From assembly GCA_963793265.1 (NCBI GenBank), contig CAWBZI010000005.1, forward strand, positions 370,787 through 434,786: a stretch of DNA of 64,000 nucleotides. The letters are read 5' to 3'. Made by a program: the position numbers and the translations under genes. Below, in pieces: positions 54,824-64,000 of the stretch. Below the pieces are notes generated by a model. The model was given only the letters and a program-made list of their open reading frames with translations. It searched no databases and was not told the origin of the DNA. The stretch comes from an uncultured cyanobacterium (GTDB lineage: Bacteria; Cyanobacteriota; Cyanobacteriia; Phormidesmidales; Phormidesmidaceae). Each line of letters opens with the position of its first letter. Positions within the stretch are counted from its first letter, which is position 1.

Positions 54824-55943
54824 ATCAGTACTTCGCGACCGTTGCTAGAGGGCTAGAACCTTTGGTTGTGAAAGAACTAGAAGCGCTTGGCGCACAGTCT
54901 GTAGAGGCTGGATTTTGTGGCGCAGAATTCAAGGGCGATAAGGAATTGCTCTACCGCGTTAACCTGTGGGCTCGGCTCCCGTTCAGGATTTTGCTGCGGC
55001 TAGATGAGTTTGACTGTGAAACCAGCGATGACTTGTTCACAGGTGTACAGCGTACCGACTGGAGCCAGTATCTGAAGCCTGAGAACACCCTGGCGGTGAC
55101 GGCGACGGGTAGAACTGAAGAACTGAATCACACGCACTTTAATGCCTTGCAGGTGAAAAATGCGATTGTGCACCAGCAGACCAAAGACTTTGGCGAGCGT
55201 TCGGATGTCGATACGCGATCGCCCGATGTCCGAATCAACGTTCACCTGCACCGCGACAGAGCCACCCTCAGCCTGGATAGCTCCGGCGACAGCCTGCACC
55301 GACGCGGCTACCGACCTGCCGTAGGCGCTGCCCCCCTCAAAGAGTCTTTAGCTTCCGCGCTCATTCAAATGACAGGCTGGGAACCGGGGCAAACCTTCTT
55401 TGACCCGTTGTGTGGATCGGGCACATTGCCTTTAGAGGCGGGATTGCGATCGCTCAACATTGCCCCCGGTCTTTTCCGTGAGCGCTACGGCTTCGAAACC
55501 TGGACAGACTTTGATGAGGATCAGTGGGAAAAGCTGCTGGATGAGGCTGAAGCGCAGCAGAAAGAAGAGTTAAACGGGTTTGTGGGGGGAGCGATCGCGA
55601 TCCCAACGTCCTTATCCAGGCCCACAGCAACGCCAGCCAGTGCGGCCTAGAACATCTCATCACCTTCCAACAAAAAGAGCTAGCCGACGTAGAAGCCCCC
55701 ACCGACAGCGGCATTCTGCTATGCAACCCACCCTACGGCGAACGCCTCGGCGCAGACACAGACCTCGGCGCATTCTACAAACTCCTCGGCAATGTTCTCA
55801 AGCAGCGCTTCAAAGGCTGGACGGCCTACGTCCTTAGCGGCAACAAAGCACTCTCCGGCAGCATCGGCCTAAAATCAGCCTCACGCACCCCGGTCTACAA
55901 CGGTGCTTTGCTCTGCCAGCTCATGAAATACGAAATGTACTAA
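54820..55943 (+). CDS. THUMP-domain RNA methyltransferase (RlmL-like), frameshifted at G6 run 55584-55589
   Basis: SLHRRGYR, APLKE and DPLCGSGT; adding one base restores GSDRD...CNPPYGERLG...YEMY* (TAA 55941-55943). Confidence 0.88.
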
Positions 55944-56018
55944 GTTGACTGGTACAAATGGCTTTGTGATAAAAGCATCTCCTTTGCTTGAACAGGGTCG
56001 TTAATACCAGCACTCTGT

Positions 56019-56798
56019 TTAGCTTGTCTGTTGGGTTATTGATTGCAGCCAGTCGATATCGTTACTAGAGAGAGCGGGCGGCGGTGGCGTTCGGCTGTAA
56101 TCAAGCGTAAGGTCGTAGGCGGCTTCATCGTAGATGGCAGCAAGGACAGATTGTAGATCGAGAGGAACATCAGGATCTGGATCTTGCAGTGGCACAGGAA
56201 CAACAGGAAGTGGTACAGGAAGGTCGATAGGCCATAGGTCAATTTGCTTGGCATGAGCGCAGGTGAGTGCTATGCAATAAGGCACGTTAGGAAGCCGAGG
56301 CTGAGTGAAAGGCCGCGTACCGCGTCTTATTAAATCGAGTTCTAGGAGGTGTACGTTAGCCTGATAGAGCCGCTGCCGCTTTTTCCGATAGGTCGTCAGA
56401 CCAGGTTCGCGTTTATTGACAGGAGAGAGAATTTCAATGCTGGTAATAAGCTTATTGTTGGCTGTATCTCGAATCTCAACGCTGGTTAAGCGGACTTGCA
56501 CGGATTGAGTAACAGGTAGTGCCAAAGCTGGCGGCGTGATCGTAAGCGTACTGCCTTTTAGGTTTTGGGCTGGGCGCTGTTTCTGTTGGGTTTCTACGAC
56601 CTCAACGTCGGGATAAAGGATACCAATCTCTCCTTCTGGGAAGGGATCTTCAGCGAGATAAACTTCTAAACGCGCCACATATTTAGGACGCAATAAAGGT
56701 GCTAAGAACTGCCTGATCTTACTTGCTAATGCGCTATGCACATCAGGCCATAGGTAGCCTTCGAGGTAGGGATCCATACCGGGAAACGGAGAAGGCAT
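56019..56798 (-). CDS. DUF4058-family protein
   Basis: MPSPFPGMDPYLE, IEILSPVNK and LELDL. Confidence 0.88.
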   Translation of the reverse strand: MPSPFPGMDPYLEGYLWPDVHSALASKIRQFLAPLLRPKYVARLEVYLAEDPFPEGEIGILYPDVEVVETQQKQRPAQNLKGSTLTITPPALALPVTQSVQVRLTSVEIRDTANNKLITSIEILSPVNKREPGLTTYRKKRQRLYQANVHLLELDLIRRGTRPFTQPRLPNVPYCIALTCAHAKQIDLWPIDLPVPLPVVPVPLQDPDPDVPLDLQSVLAAIYDEAAYDLTLDYSRTPPPPALSSNDIDWLQSITQQTS

Positions 56799-56954
56799 TG
56801 TATTTAACAGTCCTTACGAAAAAATCGATGGGTTGCCTTTTCAGGCTCAAAAGTTGTCTATTGACGCCAATTTAATTCTAAGTCTTGGACTATAGAACTG
56901 CTGATATTCAGATGTAGAGGGCGTTTAGCTATCTATCTTTTGGCTGCTGAGCAG

Positions 56955-57599
56955 TTAACCCGTCGCGTTCTCAGCTACTTTTTTCAAGCGCTTTACTTCA
57001 GCGGCTTTGCGTTCGCTGTGGCGGTCGGTGAGTTCATCAACATGTTCACGCAATAGCAGGGTGAAGCGGTAGAGTTCTTCCATGACGTCTATGACGCGAT
57101 CGCGATAAGCCGACTCTTTCATCGTGCCATCGTCATCAAACTCCTGATACGCTTTCGCTACTGACGACTGGTTCGGAATCGTAAACATCCGCATCCATCG
57201 CCCCAAAATTCGCAGCGTATTGACTGCGTTAAATGACTGAGAGCCTCCCGAAACCTGCATCACCGCTAAGGTTCTACCCTGCGTAGGCCGAACGGCCCCC
57301 ATTGACAAAGGAATCCAGTCAATCTGCGTTTTCATCAGCCCAGAAACGTTGCCATGCAGCTCAGGGCTTGACCATACCTGCCCTTCTGACCATAGCGAAA
57401 GCTCACGTAGCTCTTGCACCTTCGGGTGAGTGTCGGGCTCTGCGTTGTGCAGTGGCAGTCCTCTTGGATCGAAGAATTTTACCTCTGCGCCCAATCCTTC
57501 AATAATGCGGGCGGCTTCTTCGGCCAGCAGTCGGCTATAGGATCTTTCTCGTAAAGAACCATACAAGAATAAAATTCGAGGCGGATGGTCAAATGCCAT
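56955..57599 (-). CDS. arsH: arsenical resistance flavoprotein ArsH
   Basis: [33 protein letters not shown] and TIPNQSSV. Confidence 0.95.
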   Translation of the reverse strand: MAFDHPPRILFLYGSLRERSYSRLLAEEAARIIEGLGAEVKFFDPRGLPLHNAEPDTHPKVQELRELSLWSEGQVWSSPELHGNVSGLMKTQIDWIPLSMGAVRPTQGRTLAVMQVSGGSQSFNAVNTLRILGRWMRMFTIPNQSSVAKAYQEFDDDGTMKESAYRDRVIDVMEELYRFTLLLREHVDELTDRHSERKAAEVKRLKKVAENATG

Positions 57600-57771
57600 G
57601 GCTAAGGATAATCTCCCGCAGTATTGTGTCTTTCTAGATACTCCTACAGAAAGGGAATTACTGGGTTAAGAAAAACCGTTGAGATCTGACTAAATGAGCA
57701 CTTTCGCTGCACAAAAGACTGGGCATACTTGATGTTAGCTAAATGAGTACTGACGCCCTTTGTAGCCGTTT

Positions 57772-59276
57772 ATGACTTCTAATCAGACCGCGCTAAGTTC
57801 TTTTTCGGGAGCAGTTCCGGCTGCATGTCCGGCTAATGAAGCGGAAAGAATACAAAAGCTGCTGACTTATAAAGTTTTAGATACTGAAGCGGAGACAGCT
57901 TACGACGATTTGACAGCGATCGCAGCTCAAATCTGTGGCACCCCATCTGCGGCTGTTAGCCTAATTGATGTCTCGCGGCAGTGGTTCAAGTCTACCGTGG
58001 GCCTCAATGCTACTGAAACGCATCGCGACCTAGCCTTTTGTGCTCACGCTATCTTGAAGCCACAGGTGTTAGTCATTCCTGACGCTCGCGCGGATGAACG
58101 CTTTGCTCATAATTTGCTGGTAACTGACCCGCCGTTCATTCGCTTCTATGCAGGTGCGCCGTTAATTACCGCTGAGGGCTACGCGCTAGGTACGCTCTGC
58201 GTGATTGATACAGAGCCTAGAGATTTAAGCCCTTTACAGGTGAAAACGCTAGAAGCCCTTGCTCGGCAGGTTGTCGGGCAGTTGGAGATGCGACTGATGC
58301 TTCAGCGGCTGAATCAGGAAGCGGAGGAAAAAGAGAAGGCGCGAGCTGGTTTACAACAGCTTAATGCCAGCTTGGAGGTGCGTGTGCAGCAGCGTACAGA
58401 GGACATTCGTCAGAAGAACGACGAACTAGAGAAAGCGCTTGTTGAGCTAAAACAGACGCAGGCACATTTAATACATTCGGAGAAGATTACAGCGCTAGGC
58501 GAGCTGGTTGCAGGTGTCGCGCATGAGATCAACAATCCTTTAGGGTTTGTGAGCGGTAGCATCAGTCATGCACAAGGGTATGTGACGAGATTGTTGGAGC
58601 TGTTGGCGATTTATCGTAAAACCTATGGCGAACAAGATGCTGTTGTTGCTGAGATGATAGAAGAGATTGATCCTGATTTTATCAGCGAAGACATTATGAA
58701 AATGTTGGGATCTATGAAAGCAGGTACGAATCGGATGATTGAGATTGTGCGATCGCTCAGAAATTTCTCTCGCATTGATAAACAGGGATTCAATACTGCT
58801 GACATTCACGCAGGTATCGACAGTACGCTACTGCTGTTGAATAATAGACTGCTGATGCTCGGACAAAATCAACAGGTAGTCAGCGTGGTGAAGCACTATG
58901 GCGAGGTGCCTGAGATCAACTGCGATATTGGCCAGCTCAATCAGGTTTTTATGAATTTGCTTGCAAATGCGATTGATGCGTTTGAGCAAAGCGCTGTAGA
59001 AGCAGAGCGTAAGCCGACAATCACGATTACAACAAAGGCGTTTTCTGATTGTATTAAAATCTCTATTAAAGACAATGGCGCTGGCATTCCCGCAGACATT
59101 GCTGATAATATTTTTCAACCGTTCTTTACGACCAAGCCAACCGACAAAGGAACCGGGCTGGGCCTTTCGATTAGCCATAAGGTAATTACGCAGAACCATA
59201 AAGGGCAGATAGTCTGTCAGTCACAGGTTGGTGAAGGAACCAGTTCACCATCACGATTCCAAACAATCTGCCATGA
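57772..59276 (+). CDS. GAF sensor histidine kinase (1-nt deletion near 59241 in the last beta-strand)
   Basis: GAF (RFYAGAPL), AHEINNP, QVFMNLLANA and GTGLGL; one added base gives GTQFTITIPNNLP* ending at 59276. Confidence 0.88.
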
Positions 59277-59288
59277 TACCCTTTGGTT

Positions 59289-60430
59289 CTATAGCGCTAT
59301 TTCATTGATGGCACTATTCTTCACTTTCACCAAACCACTTCTCTCTTAGAGTTTTTTATGTAGCCTTGCTCCTGCAAAGTCAGCACTTCCTGGCTAACCG
59401 CTTCTACGACAGCCTCACTACCTTCTGCAAAAGCAATGCCATAGTCTTCACGGGTAAGCGGTTCCCCGACTATCTCGAACTTTCTAGGATTTTTATTAGC
59501 CACATACTTGAGCGTAGGATAGTCATAAACAACAGCTTCCACTTCCTCAGCTTCTAACCCCGCTAGCAGCGTATCAAAAGAGTTATATTCAACCACTTGT
59601 ACTGGCTGCGAGCGACCATAGGCTTCAGCCGTTGTGCCGTCAATAACACCTACAGATTCACCTCTAATATCTTCTAACGACAGGCTGCTTTCGGCTAGCT
59701 GCTCTACGGTCAGTGAGGCGATAAAGTCGGCCACAATGAAGAAGCTCGCGCCCATCCACAGGCAGGCGATAATGCGTCCCGGTAGCCGCACGGGCGTGAC
59801 ATCGCCATAGCCAAAGGTTCCAAGTGTGACGACTGCAAACCACATGCCCTGACCAATGCCGTTAATTGGATTGTCTGAGAAGTGCTCGTTGTGCTTGTGT
59901 TCGAGTAGCCATATGAGCGCGCCGACGCCTGCGCTAGTCGCCATTACGAGCAGCAAGGGTCGCCAGATTCGCCAGTCGAAAAAGCTATTGGCAAGGGCGA
60001 CGATGCCGTTCTTGTTAGGCGATCGCATCATCAGTTGCAACCCCGAGCGGTAGGTCGGATACGAGAAGTCGAAGCCTTTTGCCTCACGCGCTGACGTGAT
60101 CGAAATTCCGGCAACGGCGGCATCCAAATCACCTGCCGATAAGTCGTCCATCATCTCAGAAAAAGACTCGTAAGGCACCCATTCTGTTTGAATATCAAGC
60201 TTGCTTGCAACCTGTGTCCATAGCTCTATGTCGTAGCCGTAAGGTGTTGCATCTTCAAGAGAAACAAAAGGTTCGATTTCGCTGGTGCCTACTCTGAAAG
60301 TTTTGGCAAAAGTTTCGGAAGGTGCGATCGCCTGCCCTACAGCCTTGTTAATTGATAAGCTCAGCGCCATCGGGCCTGTTAGCAAAACACTACAGACGCC
60401 CAAAACAAATCTTCTCATAATCGAATGCAA
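59289..60430 (-). CDS. GluR0-like periplasmic binding domain / 2-TM ion channel fusion (1-nt insertion near the 3' end)
   Basis: GISITSARE, DFSYP, WLLE, pore TLGTFGYGD and YGIAF; removing one A at 59352-59357 gives TLREKWFG...* ending at 59289. Confidence 0.85.
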
Positions 60431-60431
60431 A

Positions 60432-61736
60432 TCACTTTGTCATAGCTGTTACCTGATGCCCTGCCCCCTGATGAGCCGTTACCTGATGAGCCATTGCCTG
60501 CCCGGCCAGCCAGCCCGTTGTCCAAGCACTCTGAAAGTTAAATCCGCCGGTAATCCCGTCAATATCTAACACCTCGCCTGCTAAGTATAAGCCCGCACAC
60601 TGACGGCTTTCCATAGTCTTAAAGTCAACTTCCTTTAGCCGTACGCCGCCGCAGGTCACAAACTCGTCTTTAAAGATGCCTTTACCCGTAACGCCGTAGC
60701 TTCCCTGGCTTAGCTCCTGCACCAGCCGGTTAATTTGCTTTTTAGAAACATTGATCCATGTAGTTGCCGCGTCTATCTCTAGCCGAGTTAGAAAATACTG
60801 CCACAGTCGTTTGGAAATTGGCGGGTATGGGCTAAACGTAGAGATTGCCTTTTTGGGCTGGGTGCTTTTGGCCCGCTGCAAATCTGTGCGAATCTGTTCC
60901 TGGCTCAGTGTGGGAAGCCAGTTAATAATCGCTTCGCCTTGGTAGCGCTGAGTGTGCAAAAGCCTTGCGCCCCAAGCTGATAGCTTTAGCACCGCTGGCC
61001 CGCTTAATCCCCAGTGTGTAATCAGCATCGGCCCGGTTTGTTCTAATGGCTTTTTCAGCGCTTTTACTTTTAACCGCACCGTGACAGGATCTACAGCTAC
61101 GCCACTGAGCGCGTGTAGGCGCTTGTCAGAAACGTTGAAGGTAAATAGAGAAGGAACAGAGTCTTCGATATGGTGGCCAAGGGATTTTGCGATGCGATGA
61201 CCCGCCGGGCTGCTGCCTGTGGCAAGTAGGAGGCGATCGCACACCACATATCCCTCTTGCCCTCTGAGCTGCAACTGAAAGGCGTCACCGACTTTTTCTA
61301 CGCCGACGATAGGCGATCGCGTCTTTATCCTCACGCCCGCCTGCCGCGCTGCCCCCATCAGGCACTCAATAATCGTCGCTGAATCATCCGTCACCGGAAA
61401 CATGCGCCCGTCGGCCTCAGTTTTCAGCTTTACGCCCCGCTGGGCAAACCACGCTACCGTATCTTTTGGCTGAAATCGGCTAAAAGCGCCCCGTAAGGCT
61501 TTACCACCACGCGGATAGTTTTGAACGAGCTGAGCCGGATCAAAGCAGTGATGGGTGACATTGCAGCGACCGCCGCCAGAGATGCGTACTTTGGCAAGCG
61601 GTTCGGGGCCAGCTTCGTAGAGGGCGACCTGGGCGTTTGGGTTGGCTGATGCAGCAGCGATCGCGCCAAAAAAGCCTGCCGCGCCGCCGCCAACTACCGC
61701 AACTGTTAACCCGCTATCCCTTGAATCCATTACCAC
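60432..61736 (-). CDS. HI0933/YhiN/BaiN-family flavoprotein
   Basis: GGGAAG, ISGGGRCNVT, THWGLSGP, VTCGGV and TGGFNFQ. Confidence 0.92.
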   Translation of the reverse strand: MVMDSRDSGLTVAVVGGGAAGFFGAIAAASANPNAQVALYEAGPEPLAKVRISGGGRCNVTHHCFDPAQLVQNYPRGGKALRGAFSRFQPKDTVAWFAQRGVKLKTEADGRMFPVTDDSATIIECLMGAARQAGVRIKTRSPIVGVEKVGDAFQLQLRGQEGYVVCDRLLLATGSSPAGHRIAKSLGHHIEDSVPSLFTFNVSDKRLHALSGVAVDPVTVRLKVKALKKPLEQTGPMLITHWGLSGPAVLKLSAWGARLLHTQRYQGEAIINWLPTLSQEQIRTDLQRAKSTQPKKAISTFSPYPPISKRLWQYFLTRLEIDAATTWINVSKKQINRLVQELSQGSYGVTGKGIFKDEFVTCGGVRLKEVDFKTMESRQCAGLYLAGEVLDIDGITGGFNFQSAWTTGWLAGQAMAHQVTAHQGAGHQVTAMTK

Positions 61737-61828
61737 CCTCTACATCTATTTTCTACAGATCGATACGTGCCTATCTATTGTCGTACCAGACGGCTCAAAA
61801 ATAGTTGGAAACCTGCTCTCTTTCTGCG

Positions 61829-62017
61829 CTAGGCTTTTATTAAGTTAGTTAACAGTCCACCTTTCCAACCGATATATTCTATGGCCAGCAGAGAACAGAT
61901 CAGAAAGCACCTAGCCCAAAGCGCCACCATCAAATTTGATAATTTTGCAGCGCCAACCAAAGGCGACGAAGCGAAAAAGATGAAGATGATGGAGCACGTC
62001 GCTAAGAGTAAGGGCAA
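61829..62017 (-). CDS. small hydrophobic hypothetical protein
   Basis: 62-aa TTG-start ORF with two hydrophobic segments in a gap between same-strand genes. Confidence 0.35.
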   Translation of the reverse strand: MPLLLATCSIIFIFFASSPLVGAAKLSNLMVALWARCFLICSLLAIEYIGWKGGLLTNLIKA

Positions 62018-62058
62018 GCTATAAGCTCATTTTCTAGCGCGCACTTGATAGTCATTTA

Positions 62059-62442
62059 TTAAGTGTGCGTGGGCTGAGAAGAAACCTTGTTCGTTTTATA
62101 TTTTTTAGCAATCTCATCTGTTTTTGCAGCCATTACAAAATCATTGTGATGCAGCCCGTTGATTGCGTGAGTCCACCAGCCGACTGTGACCTTTCCCCAT
62201 TCAGTTAGCAAAGAGGGGTGGTGGCCTACGGTTTGTGCGATCGCCCCCACCTCATTTGTAAAAGCTAGCGCCTGATCAAAATTCTTGAACCGATATTCAC
62301 GCTGCAACTGAGACACATTTTCTACCTCCAAGATCTTCCAGTCAGGGACTTCGGAATGCAGCCGAGCGATCTCTTCAGACGTAGCAGCCGGCAGTGAGCC
62401 AGAGCAAGGAATGCAGGTTTGCTGAGCAAGTGCTTCTACCAT
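62059..62442 (-). CDS. phhB: pterin-4-alpha-carbinolamine dehydratase
   Basis: CIPC, FKNF, GHHP, WWTH and GLHHNDFVMAAK. Confidence 0.9.
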   Translation of the reverse strand: MVEALAQQTCIPCSGSLPAATSEEIARLHSEVPDWKILEVENVSQLQREYRFKNFDQALAFTNEVGAIAQTVGHHPSLLTEWGKVTVGWWTHAINGLHHNDFVMAAKTDEIAKKYKTNKVSSQPTHT

Positions 62443-62455
62443 GGTAGTAAACCTT

Positions 62456-63175
62456 ATGATTCAGTTTTCCTTCATTCTAGTAGAGCCAGGTGAGGCCGGA
62501 AACATTGGTGCAGCCGCCCGCGCACTCAATACGATGGGCTACACAGACTTACGCTTAGTGCGCCCTAAAGCCGACCATCTTAGCGGCATAGCTAAAGCGT
62601 TTGCTCACAGCTCAGAGCATATTCTAGAAGCCGCTCCTGTTTACGATCACTTGAAAGATGCGCTCTTTGATGTTGATCTTGCTTGCGCTACCACTGCCCG
62701 CCACCGCATTCAAAAATATCACTACGTTTCTGTCCGCGATCTGCCAGACGAACTGATTAAAAAGGGTTCCACTCTACAGCGTGTTGCCATCGTTTTTGGC
62801 AGCGAACGCTCCGGCCTCAGCAATCAGGACGTTGATCAGTGTGACTTGCTCACCACCATTCCGCAAGCTAGCCTTCAGCCTTCGCTCAATCTCTCACAGG
62901 CCGTTATGGTCTACAGCTTCACATTGGCAGCGCAGAACACTCAAATTCAGATAGAAGATCAGCGGCTTAATAGTGAGGAGATGCCTGTAGAACAGTATGA
63001 TCGGCTTAAGCATTCTCTAGTTGAAACAATGGCGAGGGTGGGCTTAAAGGAGCGCTATCAGCAGTATGTTGTGAAGGCGATCGCCCGCCTCGGCTACGAA
63101 GATCTCTATCTATTGCAAAACATTCGAGCTTTTGTTAGCAATAAATTAGATGACTTAGAAAATCTTAAAAAGTGA
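62456..63175 (+). CDS. TrmJ/LasT-family SPOUT RNA methyltransferase
   Basis: ILVEP, NIGAAARA, VFGSERSGL and SLNLSQAV. Confidence 0.9.
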   Translation: MIQFSFILVEPGEAGNIGAAARALNTMGYTDLRLVRPKADHLSGIAKAFAHSSEHILEAAPVYDHLKDALFDVDLACATTARHRIQKYHYVSVRDLPDELIKKGSTLQRVAIVFGSERSGLSNQDVDQCDLLTTIPQASLQPSLNLSQAVMVYSFTLAAQNTQIQIEDQRLNSEEMPVEQYDRLKHSLVETMARVGLKERYQQYVVKAIARLGYEDLYLLQNIRAFVSNKLDDLENLKK

Positions 63176-63239
63176 TTAAAGCTGTGTAGACTGTTTTGCA
63201 ATTATAGAGATCGAAGATTTTATGATTTGCTGTGTCGGA

Positions 63240-63263
63240 GGGCGTAAAGCCTTACGCCCGTAC
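63240..63263. repeat. single REP-like palindrome
   Basis: gggcgtaa-agcc-ttacgccc-gtac between convergent genes. Confidence 0.55.
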
Positions 63264-63302
63264 AATTCTGATAATAATTGAATGTTGTTTGGTATTTTGC
63301 AC

Positions 63303-63956
63303 TTAAACAATAGTCTCTTTAATTGCTTTCATTACCTTGAACACGCTGCGAATTTCACTGCTCACTGTGTACAGGGAAAACGATCGCGATAAATCGTATT
63401 GAGCCGAGGGTTGCTGTAATAGCTTCACAAATAGCACCTCGTCGCCGTTGGTTATCATTCCAAACAAAGTTCGATCTGGCTGAGGGTTAGCCATCAAGTA
63501 AGTTAATAGCTGCGGCAGTGCAGATCTCAGCGGAATAGTTGTTTTCTTTGCTTCTAAAACCAGCACCCAAAGTCTATTCTGCAAAATAAGCGCATCTATT
63601 CGACCGCGCAAAATCTCTTCGCCATCATCTATAACAATCTCTACGCTGGCTTCTGGCTTGAGCTTGAAAGGCGGATCGTAGAAGCCTGCAAGTTCTAGTA
63701 GCGGTGAGGCGACTAGCAAGGTGACTGCGCCTTCTAATAGCTCTCCGTCAGCACGATGATATTGCAGCCTTTTGTAAATGATATCTAGACTATCGGTATC
63801 GTTTGAACTGAGCTGAGTGCCCTGCTCTTGCCACTCAGCAAAGAAGCTCGTATCCTCCGTTCGGCTAAGGCTGAAGCGGTCTTCTACCTCCGCCAAGCTG
63901 ACAGAGGACTTAGTGACAGCGATAACCTTAGCCACTGAGCTAATCTCCTTGATCAA
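63303..63956 (-). CDS. stand-alone HsdR-N-like (PD-(D/E)xK) protein
   Basis: PLLELAGFY, RGRID, VLEAK, PQLLTY and GMITNG; start uncertain. Confidence 0.8.
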   Translation of the reverse strand: MIKEISSVAKVIAVTKSSVSLAEVEDRFSLSRTEDTSFFAEWQEQGTQLSSNDTDSLDIIYKRLQYHRADGELLEGAVTLLVASPLLELAGFYDPPFKLKPEASVEIVIDDGEEILRGRIDALILQNRLWVLVLEAKKTTIPLRSALPQLLTYLMANPQPDRTLFGMITNGDEVLFVKLLQQPSAQYDLSRSFSLYTVSSEIRSVFKVMKAIKETIV

Positions 63957-64000
63957 AAATAGCTATTAGAATCAATAGCTAACGGGGCTGGCGCGATTCG

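Noticed and set aside
56955..57599. Arsenic resistance operon
   Set aside because: arsH is alone; no arsR, arsB/acr3 or arsC nearby.
63303..63956. Type I restriction-modification system
   Set aside because: Only a short stand-alone nuclease-like domain; no helicase, hsdM or hsdS in view.

Overview
Core-chromosome window of a cyanobacterium (dense HIP1 GCGATCGC sites, phycobiliprotein genes, hpsE and furC suggest a filamentous lineage). It contains the replication origin: dnaA-oriC-dnaN, with ten perfect TTTTCCACA boxes and a DnaA-trio unwinding element. Housekeeping genes include argS, uvrB, def, mug, acsF, arsH, an HtrA protease and a GH116 hydrolase. Accessory content of most interest: (i) an operon of an Lgt-like diacylglyceryl transferase, a radical SAM enzyme with the architecture of archaeal tetraether synthase (Tes/GDGT-MAS), and two paralogous small membrane proteins ending in a lipobox-like LNG[S/T]C, which is my best candidate for an undescribed lipid/lipopeptide system; (ii) a Bell-like effector with an amyloid-like tail, separated by one in-frame TGA from a now-degraded NB-ARC-TPR receptor, beside an MNT-HEPN toxin-antitoxin pair; (iii) the low-light/far-red antenna cluster apcD4-apcB3-isiX; (iv) a four-gene envelope cluster with a dead M23-like lipoprotein and a lysozyme-like protein; (v) small elements missed by the ORF track, namely a 24-aa membrane peptide, a Yfr1-like sRNA candidate, a structured leader RNA and a uORF made by a duplication at the dnaN start. 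Three single-base indels in short homopolymers at 55.6-59.4 kb probably reflect sequencing error. All family assignments come from motif recognition by eye; no database searches were run.
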